A stretch of 64,000 bases of DNA from Vitrella brassicaformis CCMP3155 (taxonomy: Eukaryota; Protista; Chromerida), in NCBI GenBank assembly GCA_001179505.1, contig CDMY01000256.1:1-64000 (forward strand). The letters run 5' to 3'. Positions 50,163 through 58,733 of this stretch are shown here, in pieces; position 1 is the first letter of the stretch, and each line of letters starts with the position of its first letter. The position numbers were made by a program, and so were the translations under genes. A model generated the notes under the pieces. The model was not told the origin of the DNA. It worked only from the letters and a program-made list of their open reading frames with translations, and did no database searches.

Positions 50163-52247
50163 TCATGGGGCATCTTCCTTTTCCTCCCGATACTCCAAAT
50201 CTCTGTCAAAGGCACATCCGGCTTCATCCATTTCCTTCTCCCATTGGTAGAACTGCAGGAAGTGCTTGAGAGAAACGGACGGCGAGCGCCCCACCAAGCT
50301 CTCTTTCTTTGATCCCTTCTTCCGTGTAGGCTCCGCGAGGTATTCGAGTGTGATGCCATCCTCGTCGAGCTGCACCACTTTGACAGTGTGCTCGCGATTG
50401 AGCTCCTTGCAATGTCGAATTCGGATGACATCGTTCAATGACGGGAAGAGCAAGTCGTCCTGTTCAAGGTCAACAGCATCGCTCACACGGTTCTCGTAAT
50501 CTTGCACAAGCTCATCACACGTGAGGTTGTCTTCGTCCTCCCAGGTCGCACTCGAGCGGGGCCACCATCGCCACTTGCACTTGTACTGTACCTTGCCCTC
50601 GTGATTCCTCCTGCCAATCACTGCTTCCACCTCGTGTTTCTCGACATGCTCAAATCGGTCATCTGGCTGAATGTCCTTGAGGCTCGGATCGGTCGCCACC
50701 GGGTCGAATACATCATTATTTAATTTCCGAGCGGCCAGCCGCTCGCTCTGCGTCCGTGCAGTCGGCACATGGTCTTCACCAACAGCAAACTTCTTCAACG
50801 AATCCTCCTGGTCGGGAGTCAGGAATGCATCCTGATTGAAGACCGTCTGCCGCCTGTCTCTTCTCAGTCGTCCATCGGGCACTTCCATGGTGTCGTCGGC
50901 GTTCGCATCCTCATCAAACGCTGAGGTTGCTGCTTTCAAACGATCGACATTTGTACTCTTTGCCGTGCTAGTGCCGCATGGGCGTACTTTGTAGGTGACT
51001 GGTCCCGTCTGGCTCTCAACGATGCCGACCGTTCGCCACGGTGAGGAGAGCTTCTTGCTGAGACCTTTCGGCACTTGATTGTTGTATATCCGTACCCTGT
51101 CTCCCGGTTTGAATTCCCTAGGTGGCGGTAAATCTCCTTCTCGTGCAGCCACTCGCTGCTTGGCTCTGTCCATGTTTATACGGGCCTTTTCATGAATGCC
51201 TTGGATGCCTTCGATTATTATCATGACAGCATCATGTGGATCGATCGCCCTCGCTGCCGTCTCATTCATCCCGACAAGTCGTGCAGTACTGCCAGGGTGC
51301 ACTGCCTCTCGCCCAGTCAGCATCTTGAAGGGTGTGAAGCCAGTCGACTCATGCTCTGTTGTTCGATACGCATACAGGACCAGGGGAATCACCCTATCCC
51401 AGTTGGTCTGCAGCTTATTGAGGTATGGACGCATTCTGTCCTTCAAGGTCCGGTTGAAGCGCTCAATCATGCCATTCCCTTGCGGGTGCTGTGGCGTCGT
51501 CGTGGTGTGTTTGATTCTCAGCCTGATGGCAACTTCACGCATCAACTGATTGACGAAGTGCGAGCCGTTGTCAGTGATGATCTGCTCGGGGAGTCCATGT
51601 CTCGCGACAACCTCCATGAGAGCTCTGACCGTGTCGTCAGCTGTGGGTGCGCCACGAACAAGAACGACCTCTGGCCACTTTGTGAAGTAGTCTTGGACAC
51701 ACAATGCATACTGATAGCCATCTTTCGAGGGCTGGAAGGGACCAATATAATCCATCGCAATTGTCTGAAATGGTCTCTCGGCTGACGGTATCTGTATGCT
51801 CGCTCTCTTGCCCATTTTCAGGCTTCGTTTGCTCTGGCAGGCGGCACATCTCTCTATGTGCGTCCGCAGGTCATCATACATGGCACACCAGTAGTATTCC
51901 CTTGCCATGCGTTTGTATGCTCTTTCAATCGCTAGGTGACCACCCAACAGGTGCTCGTGGTGTAGCTTTAATGCTTCGGCACGAAGTGACTTGGGTACGA
52001 ACAAGACGGGTGCGTATTCTTGATGCTTCGAGACAGCCCTCACCGTGCCGTCGTATAAGCAGAAGCTGTCAAGCTTTGACCAATACACTTTAGGGATCAT
52101 GTCTCGCAGCTGATCTAACACTCCTTTGTCCGCGCTCTGCTGTTTTGCATTCAGGTATGCTTTGACACGCGAGACCTCTGCGCACTGGTCTTGGGCCTGA
52201 ATGATTTCATCGGTGTGGTACAAGGGGCTATCGTCAAAGCACGTCAC
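50163..52247 (-). CDS. Retrotransposon integrase with HHCC zinc finger, DDE core, chromodomain and extra C-terminal domain
   Basis: HHEHLLGGHLAIE...CAAC, FQTIAMDYIG, IITDNGSHF, NGMIERFNRTLK; chromodomain HEVEAVIGRRNHEGKVQYKCKWRWWPRSSATWEDEDNL. Confidence 0.92.
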   Translation of the reverse strand: MTCFDDSPLYHTDEIIQAQDQCAEVSRVKAYLNAKQQSADKGVLDQLRDMIPKVYWSKLDSFCLYDGTVRAVSKHQEYAPVLFVPKSLRAEALKLHHEHLLGGHLAIERAYKRMAREYYWCAMYDDLRTHIERCAACQSKRSLKMGKRASIQIPSAERPFQTIAMDYIGPFQPSKDGYQYALCVQDYFTKWPEVVLVRGAPTADDTVRALMEVVARHGLPEQIITDNGSHFVNQLMREVAIRLRIKHTTTTPQHPQGNGMIERFNRTLKDRMRPYLNKLQTNWDRVIPLVLYAYRTTEHESTGFTPFKMLTGREAVHPGSTARLVGMNETAARAIDPHDAVMIIIEGIQGIHEKARINMDRAKQRVAAREGDLPPPREFKPGDRVRIYNNQVPKGLSKKLSSPWRTVGIVESQTGPVTYKVRPCGTSTAKSTNVDRLKAATSAFDEDANADDTMEVPDGRLRRDRRQTVFNQDAFLTPDQEDSLKKFAVGEDHVPTARTQSERLAARKLNNDVFDPVATDPSLKDIQPDDRFEHVEKHEVEAVIGRRNHEGKVQYKCKWRWWPRSSATWEDEDNLTCDELVQDYENRVSDAVDLEQDDLLFPSLNDVIRIRHCKELNREHTVKVVQLDEDGITLEYLAEPTRKKGSKKESLVGRSPSVSLKHFLQFYQWEKEMDEAGCAFDRDLEYREEKEDAP

Positions 52248-52630
52248 GTCGACAGCTCCCAGCTGATATTGATATTCATCATCGTCGTGAGACGGGACGC
52301 TCCCTTTTGGCCAGGCGGTCTGGACATCGCATCCACATCTGCGTGCTTCTTTCCAGGTCGATAGCGGAAGACAAAATCATAGTCTTGAAGCATCAGAGAC
52401 CACCTCTGCAACTTGCGATTGCCGTCTTTTGCAAATCTCAATTCTCTGAGGGCTTTGTGATCCGAAATCAGCTCAAATCGTTGCCCAAACAGGTACGGGC
52501 GGAAGAAACGCACTGCGTAGTAGATGGCATGTGCCTCTCTCTCTGTGGCTGACCACTTGCGCTCAGATTCACCAAGGACAGCACTTGCATAATGGATCGG
52601 TCTCTCTTCTCCTGTCTTGTCTCTTGGCAA
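52244..52630 (-). CDS. Retrotransposon RNase H C-terminal part, out of frame with both RT and IN
   Basis: RPIHYASAVLGESERKWSATEREAHAIYYAVRFFRPYLFGQRFELISDHKAL...KKHADVDAMSR. Confidence 0.9.
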   Translation of the reverse strand: MPRDKTGEERPIHYASAVLGESERKWSATEREAHAIYYAVRFFRPYLFGQRFELISDHKALRELRFAKDGNRKLQRWSLMLQDYDFVFRYRPGKKHADVDAMSRPPGQKGASRLTTMMNINISWELST

Positions 52631-55600
52631 AGAATGGCTCCGACGGCGTAGTCACTTGCATCCGTTTTGAGCACGAATGGCTCTTTGAAATCCGGCAGAC
52701 TCAGTATCGGTGCAGTGACCATCTTCTCTTTCAGTGTCTGAAGGGCTTTTCTCTCCGTGTCTCCCCACGCAAATGCAGTGTACTTCCTCGTGAGGTCAGT
52801 AAGCGGCCTCACCAAGTCAGCGTAGTTCTTTGCAAACCGCTTGTAATACTGAAAAACACCTATGAGGCTCCTCACCTCTTTCTTGTCTGTCTGTTCAGGC
52901 GTATTGATCATTTTCTCTACTTTCTTTGGGTCGGCTTGCAGTCCCTCGCCAGAGATGAGGAAGCCGAGTATGGATATCAGCCGTGCAAAGAAGGTGCATT
53001 TGCTGGGCTTCACTTTGATATTCGCCGATTGAAGCAATCTGAAGACTTCAATGATGTGTCTGCAATGATCTTCAAAGGTGCGCGAGAAGACGACAATGTC
53101 GTCAACGTACACGAATGCACTCTTCCACAGCACTGTCCTTAATGCCTTGTCCATAACCCTCTGGAACGTGGCGACACTGTTGCAAAGACCCATCGGCATA
53201 CGAGCCCACTGCTTCTGTGTCTGTCCGTCGATCGAGAATGCCGTCTTGTGTCTGTCTTCGGGGCTAACCTCGACCTGCCAGAAGCCTGATGTCGCGTCGA
53301 GTGTCGTGAACCAAGACATGCCCTGGAGGGATTCAAAGCATCGATCGATTAATGGTGGGGCATAGCGAGACTTCTCTGTTATCTCATTCAACCATCGGTA
53401 ATCGACACAGAGACGCCAGGTGCCGTCTTTCTTCTTAACCATGACAATGGCTGCATTGTATTCTGAGTCTGCGGGCTCGATGACGCCGGTGGACTCCAGC
53501 TCCTCTACTATCTGTGCGGCCGCCTCGTTCTCAACCCTTGCGAGTCTCCTCGCTTTCATGTATGGCGGATTCTTACACAGACGAATGCGATGCACGCCCA
53601 AGGAGGGATCGACGTGCCCTAGGTCGGTCTTATCTATCGAGAACATACCTGTTTCTTGTGCCTCTTTGATCACCCTCACCGCTTGTGTCTTCTGTTGTTC
53701 GGTCAGGCCCTTGCCCACCCGTATGTCATATTCAATCCCCTGTGCGCCAGGATAGCTACGCACATCCTCTGTCTCAGGCACTGTGCCCATAAGATGATCA
53801 AGCGACTCTCGATCGATCTCAGCAGGTACCACAGAGACATTGCGGTCAGCTGGCGCAATGGCGGCTGCTATTTGTTGCCCTGTCTGTCCTTGCTCGCCAG
53901 ATGTATGGATCAATTCGGTCTCTTTCAGCTCTCTGAGTGGAAGGAACCATCCCAGTGGGCACCCTTTCCTTAAAACGGCTCTCCTACGTGAGGTATTGCA
54001 GATTCTCACGAGCACTCGTCGTCCCGGAGTAACTTCTACCGCATCGTTGTCAAAATCGAGCCACGCGCCTCGCATACTCGAGAGGGAGGGATGCCCTAAT
54101 ACGCGACCGACATCTCCTACTTGCCCTTCGGATCCATCGAGCCGTGCTCTCACCCATCGTTCAGTTCCCGCCGGTATTGGCGTCTTTGCTGTAACAATGA
54201 GGCAGCGCCTCACTCTCCTGGCCATGTTCGGTAAGGATGCCTTCGCGACACCAACAGCAGCGATTTCTGATTCGTTGCGTCTCTGCGGTTTCTGTATTTC
54301 GATAGACGGCCATTCTGGTCGTGATTTGAATCTAATGCATCCCTTGCCACAGTCAATATCGACACCCTCTTGTCTCAGAGACTTTGCGCCAACCAAGAGA
54401 ACCCTCTGGGGATCATCGATGACACAATATTGAACAACAACCGGTCTGAAGGCTTTCTCTTCTTTGTGATTGGTCCCCTTAGGCATTATCGCCACGTCAA
54501 CCAGCCCGTGAACAGCCACCATTCCATGATTCAGCACATTCAGCTTGATCCCAGCCGCCTGCAACTGAACCTTTCGATCGCCTGCTTCCCGCAGCTTATC
54601 AAGCATCTTACGACTCAACACACACAGGTCAGCGACCGTATCCATTAGAACATCACACGTCACACCATTCACGTTCATCGTTGCATGGATCTGCCAACGA
54701 ATAGCGGAGACACGATTCTCCCTTTCGTCTGTTGCCTTTGCAGTACAACAGCTCGAAGGCCTACGTGGGTTACCATTGTCGTGATGCGTGCATGCGTCAA
54801 CCAGCGATCTGTCGCCACACCAGCCAGTGTCTCCAGCCAGAGACCAACCGTTTTCGCTCAATGTGTGTACACTGTCAGGTTTCGTTCGATGAAGAACCTC
54901 GCCACAGGAAGGCGTCCCCTCCTGCCGTTCTTCCTCTCTCTTTGTCGGGGCTTTTAGGTTGCCTGCGGCCCGACCGAACGCGGCAACCTCTTCATCGAGC
55001 TCCATCGGTTGGCACCTCTCAACCGGATCGACCATGGTGGGCTTATGCGCAAGGCAGGCTGCCGCCGAAGCCGCCTTCCCCTCTTGCCAGCCACCGAGCT
55101 GATGGATCGACTTCATGTGCCACCGCTCAGGGTGGGCTTCATCCGTTGACTCGGCAGGGGCCTCAAGACCTCGTCTGCAAGTCAACGGGATCAACGCAAC
55201 GTCCGACGGCCTCCCAACAGAAGGCACCGGAACCACATCCGATGGATCCGCATGTGAAGTCATCAAGATAGACGAAATCTCTACTGGATTCTTATGCGAG
55301 GACAGCGGAGCAGACGAAACATCCGATGACTTCTGATCGAAACCAACGGCATCCGCTGGTCTCGCACCAGAGACCAGCGTCGCAGAAACCTCTTCCAGCT
55401 GACGGCCGGAGCCGACAGCCAGGTGATGCTCACGTACACGGTCAGTCCGTGTGGCCGACTTTGTCACGGGCCCACGCAACTGCGCATCACTTCGATGTAC
55501 CTTTCTACTGGTACGCAACGACTCATGGTGTGGTTGTCTCTCTCGCGCACAATCACACCTCTCGCCTGGTATGCTCAGGCCTCCCGATTCATCCAGATGC

Positions 55601-57264
55601 CGTCCGATCTCTGGGTGTAACGCAGCCCCTGACAGCCTCTCATGTGCTAGGGACCCACCAACCAAAAGCTTTTGCGGCATCGAAATGGCTGCTGGCTGAC
55701 GCGACGTCTCTCTCCCTGGTGTGACTCGACTCTCGCCATCGTGTCTCGGCTTCAAAAACGAGCTCTTTATCAAACAATCATCAGTGTGTGTATGTAGGGC
55801 GCTAACAGCTCTCTTCATGTCCTCTCGCCCGCCCTGCAGCGGAGGACCTATTCGTCCCAGTTGCAGTTGCGCCGGTGGTGCCGGGAGCGCGTGAATGGCA
55901 ACAGCATTCGGTTCCAACTTCACTGCATTTGCCCCAGTGGCTGGCGGCCTGAGTCGCTGTCCCTGGCTGTTGTGTCTCAGTCGTGTCCTGCAGTCCTTCC
56001 ACTTGTGGCCATACTTCTTGCAATAATCGCATACGCCATCAAAGAACTGCCCTGGCTGGCTGCTCCTCAAGTATCCGTTGTTATTCTTCCACGTCGCATC
56101 GCGATTCCATCGTCCATTGCTGCTGTTGGGCCACGTGTTGGGCCCTTTGTGCTCTCTTGTCTCTCTGAACTGTGGTTGAGGGCGGCTATCCTTAATCTCC
56201 TTAATGTTTTTCATCACTTCTGTCGTCATGGCATTAACAGAGGCGAGCACCGATTCCAAGCCCTTGTGCTGTTCAATCGTGCCTTCGTGTTTGCCAGTCC
56301 CTTTCTCAGGCTGCTGCTCAATTGCATTCACCGCGAGACGTGCGAGTTTCTGTGGACGTGTCGCTTCGGCATCACTTTCATCGTCTTCTTCCTTCGGTCG
56401 CTTGCGTGTCCGGATGAGCCAGACCTCTGCGTTCAATCCGAGTTCCTTGATGGTACCGAACGTGCGTGGGTCGGTGTCTTTGCGATAGATTTCGGCCCTC
56501 AGGTCAGACTGCAAGCCGTCGATGAAGATCTCGACCGCCTCTGGCTCTGATTTTTGTGACTTCTGGTACAGCTCGTTAAACTCATCGAACGCAGTTTCGA
56601 ACGTCTGTTTGGGCTTCTGTCGCCATGCCTTCATCTGCTCAGCTGTCACGAGAGTCTGTGACTTTTTCTGTCCAAATTCTGTCTTCAGGAAGGTAAGAAG
56701 ATGCTCAAGTCGTGCGGCCTGACTTAAGGCCTGCCACACCTCTCCATGTTTATGCATCCAGCGTGTGACTCTGGTACGTGCAGTTTCCTGTAATGCGCTC
56801 ATGATGAATGGCAGTATCCTGCCTCCTTTCAGGTTGAACATGCTCTCTGCCAGCCTGATGTCATCGATGAAGGCTTCAGCTGTGAGATCCGAGGTGCCGT
56901 TGAATGTCCGAAGGCTCACAGACGGCTTCTGCAGGTCCGACATCACCAGCTGCGCCGTGGGCTCACTCACGTGTTGGTCGCTTTGTCTGCCATTTGCGCT
57001 GCAAACAAGAGTTCTCATACTCGACGGCTGGCTGCGCAGCTCTATCACACTCTCTGTATCAGTCTCCTTACGCCTTGTCTCCTCTCCTGCAGACTTCCTC
57101 CCTTCACGCAGCTTCTGGAGGCGTTGAAGCCTCTTCTGTGCATTTTCCTTGGCAGTGTCCTTCCTCTTCTTCACATTGTTTCCTCCTTTTTGCTTCCCTT
57201 TATCAGCGCGTGCAATGGGCTGTGCCTGTGCCTTGGTTTGTCGTCCACTCCTCGTCTCTACCAT
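52468..57264 (-). CDS. Gag-protease-RT-RNase H(N) polyprotein
   Basis: Single ORF from ATG 57264: CCHC knuckle CDYCKKYGHKWKDC, protease-site LMDTVADLCVL, RT WRLCVDYRWLN and AFVYVDDIVVFS, RNase H FVLKTDASDYAVGAIL. Confidence 0.93.
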   Translation of the reverse strand: MVETRSGRQTKAQAQPIARADKGKQKGGNNVKKRKDTAKENAQKRLQRLQKLREGRKSAGEETRRKETDTESVIELRSQPSSMRTLVCSANGRQSDQHVSEPTAQLVMSDLQKPSVSLRTFNGTSDLTAEAFIDDIRLAESMFNLKGGRILPFIMSALQETARTRVTRWMHKHGEVWQALSQAARLEHLLTFLKTEFGQKKSQTLVTAEQMKAWRQKPKQTFETAFDEFNELYQKSQKSEPEAVEIFIDGLQSDLRAEIYRKDTDPRTFGTIKELGLNAEVWLIRTRKRPKEEDDESDAEATRPQKLARLAVNAIEQQPEKGTGKHEGTIEQHKGLESVLASVNAMTTEVMKNIKEIKDSRPQPQFRETREHKGPNTWPNSSNGRWNRDATWKNNNGYLRSSQPGQFFDGVCDYCKKYGHKWKDCRTRLRHNSQGQRLRPPATGANAVKLEPNAVAIHALPAPPAQLQLGRIGPPLQGGREDMKRAVSALHTHTDDCLIKSSFLKPRHDGESRVTPGRETSRQPAAISMPQKLLVGGSLAHERLSGAALHPEIGRHLDESGGLSIPGERCDCARERQPHHESLRTSRKVHRSDAQLRGPVTKSATRTDRVREHHLAVGSGRQLEEVSATLVSGARPADAVGFDQKSSDVSSAPLSSHKNPVEISSILMTSHADPSDVVPVPSVGRPSDVALIPLTCRRGLEAPAESTDEAHPERWHMKSIHQLGGWQEGKAASAAACLAHKPTMVDPVERCQPMELDEEVAAFGRAAGNLKAPTKREEERQEGTPSCGEVLHRTKPDSVHTLSENGWSLAGDTGWCGDRSLVDACTHHDNGNPRRPSSCCTAKATDERENRVSAIRWQIHATMNVNGVTCDVLMDTVADLCVLSRKMLDKLREAGDRKVQLQAAGIKLNVLNHGMVAVHGLVDVAIMPKGTNHKEEKAFRPVVVQYCVIDDPQRVLLVGAKSLRQEGVDIDCGKGCIRFKSRPEWPSIEIQKPQRRNESEIAAVGVAKASLPNMARRVRRCLIVTAKTPIPAGTERWVRARLDGSEGQVGDVGRVLGHPSLSSMRGAWLDFDNDAVEVTPGRRVLVRICNTSRRRAVLRKGCPLGWFLPLRELKETELIHTSGEQGQTGQQIAAAIAPADRNVSVVPAEIDRESLDHLMGTVPETEDVRSYPGAQGIEYDIRVGKGLTEQQKTQAVRVIKEAQETGMFSIDKTDLGHVDPSLGVHRIRLCKNPPYMKARRLARVENEAAAQIVEELESTGVIEPADSEYNAAIVMVKKKDGTWRLCVDYRWLNEITEKSRYAPPLIDRCFESLQGMSWFTTLDATSGFWQVEVSPEDRHKTAFSIDGQTQKQWARMPMGLCNSVATFQRVMDKALRTVLWKSAFVYVDDIVVFSRTFEDHCRHIIEVFRLLQSANIKVKPSKCTFFARLISILGFLISGEGLQADPKKVEKMINTPEQTDKKEVRSLIGVFQYYKRFAKNYADLVRPLTDLTRKYTAFAWGDTERKALQTLKEKMVTAPILSLPDFKEPFVLKTDASDYAVGAILCQETRQEKRDRSIMQVLSLVNLSASGQPQRERHMPSTTQCVSSARTCLGNDLS

Positions 57265-57281
57265 GGTCTCAGCAATCGAGC

Positions 57282-57299
57282 CTCCCGGACGGTGTACCA
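57282..57299 (-). other. Primer-binding site TGGTACACCGTCCGGGAG
   Basis: Begins TGG two nt after the CA end of the 5' LTR. It resembles the complement of a tRNA 3' end; tRNA-Gly is a guess. Confidence 0.8.
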
Positions 57300-57301
57300 A
57301 C

Positions 57302-58103
57302 TGATATCGGCCCGGGGGTTGCTTGGGGGTTAGAAGACGCTATGAAATAGCGCTTACTCGCTGCTGGTTGACCTGTCGATGAGAGACAATCAAAATTGAG
57401 TGACGACAAGCACACGAATCAAGTCGACCTGATGTCACGTCCAACGCAGGCACCTAGTCAACGGAGATAGGGGTCGATGGCACACTGCCACACACGCACG
57501 AATCCAAAAACACGCAAATGTACACGTCTCAAAGCGAGGCAATGTCAGGTGTACCCCTGTACCCGTTCTTCCCCGTCTTTGTTCACTACACGTGGAGGCG
57601 CCAATCAGCAGAGGAGGCACGAGACACAAGGGGGGCTGGTGTGATAGAACCGTCGACCAACAAGCCCGACGAGCGATGTGTTGATGACCTCACGACCAAG
57701 AGACCTCGCCGGGGGAAAGGGTGGTGTCTCCGAAGGGAGCGGCTCTTGCGGTCTTGACGGCGAGCGTTGAAGTACCTCGGGGGCAGGGCAGAAGGCTTGG
57801 ATGCTTGTTTGTTGAAGACAAGAAGGGAATCGAGAGCGATGATTTTGTTCCGACCAGATGAAGCAGAATGGGCGGAAATGACGACCATTCCCATGGGATT
57901 GATCATTGCCGCGGGAATGTTCCATTCCCGTGGGGATGATTCATTCCCGTGGGAATAATAGCCTGGCCGGCCAGTTATTTTCGTCGGCCAGGACACGATG
58001 CTGGCAAGAAATTAGGAGGCCTCCCTCCCTTTTCCAGCGAAGCATCATCCATGCACAGCAGAACCGATAGATTCTACGGCCTCATTTCAGGCCCCCTGCA
58101 ACA
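57302..58103 (-). repeat. 5' LTR, 802 bp
   Basis: Starts TGTTGCAGGGGG and ends GATATCA on the minus strand; direct repeat of 49137-49798. Confidence 0.95.
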
Positions 58104-58400
58104 CAACGGGTCATCGAGCTGAATGACTGTGGGCGGGCTGCGGTGTGTCTGCTGGCCGACACTGGCGGACTCACCACGCTCCTTCTGGTCAGTTTGGGCC
58201 ATTTCAAACTTTGAGGGCTTTGCGGAGGCCGTCTTGAGCATGAGTGTGTCGGGCGCCAGTTGCATCATCACCAATTCAGCTTCATCAAAGCCATCTGTCC
58301 GTTTGTGCGATTTGCGGCCGACACATCTTCACAGCCATGGGCTGGACCATTTGTTGTTCTCCTTTGGGTCAAAACTCACTGTCTTCGTCCCCTTCAGGGA
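58104..58400 (-). pseudogene. 5' portion of the gene interrupted by the retrotransposon
   Basis: Exon-like NGFDEAELVMMQLAPDTLMLKT...ER|VIQLDDPL continues across the TSD into RYELTYDT at 49132. Confidence 0.5.
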
Positions 58401-58733
58401 GAGAGGGTTGTTGTGAGACTGCGAGCTGCCCCCCCCCCAAACCCCAAACCCCAACCCTGTGCTGCCGCTGGTAAGATTCTGCCTTGTATTTAGGCAGATA
58501 TGCAGATCTGCTGCTCTGTCAACATGTCGCCACCATGATGATCTCTAACAGGATTTCGTTTCATGACGATGCAAGAGCCACCGCGTGAGGCTGACAGCGA
58601 AGACAGACGGAGGCAAATGATGGCTGCAGGGAAGAAGAAACAGCCATACTCATACTAAGGTAGAATCGTGCAGCGCATCCACAACTCACGCCTGCGGCAT
58701 ATGTTTCAGTTGACGGGATTGTGCGGCTTCAGG

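Larger units (their letters stand above)
49137..58103 (-). mobile_element. Full-length Ty3/gypsy (Metaviridae) chromodomain-bearing LTR retrotransposon with 4-bp TSD CAAC
   Basis: TG...CA LTRs at both ends; CAAC at 49133-49136 and 58104-58107; PBS, PPT; gag-PR-RT-RNaseH-IN domain order; chromodomain in IN. Confidence 0.97.

Noticed and set aside
57886-57957. Match of the LTR palindromes to the metazoan COE/EBF consensus and the CSL site CGTGGGAA
   Set aside because: Those factors are not known in alveolates; the match is treated as coincidence, though the dyad array itself is kept as a finding.
58329-58331. In-frame TGA as a premature stop or Sec/readthrough codon in the interrupted host gene
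   Set aside because: It lies inside a plausible GTGAGT...ACAG intron whose removal gives EGDED|NGFDEAE in frame.
58428-58460. Telomere-like CCCCAAA repeats
   Set aside because: Only two to three imperfect units next to a poly-C run; simple low complexity.
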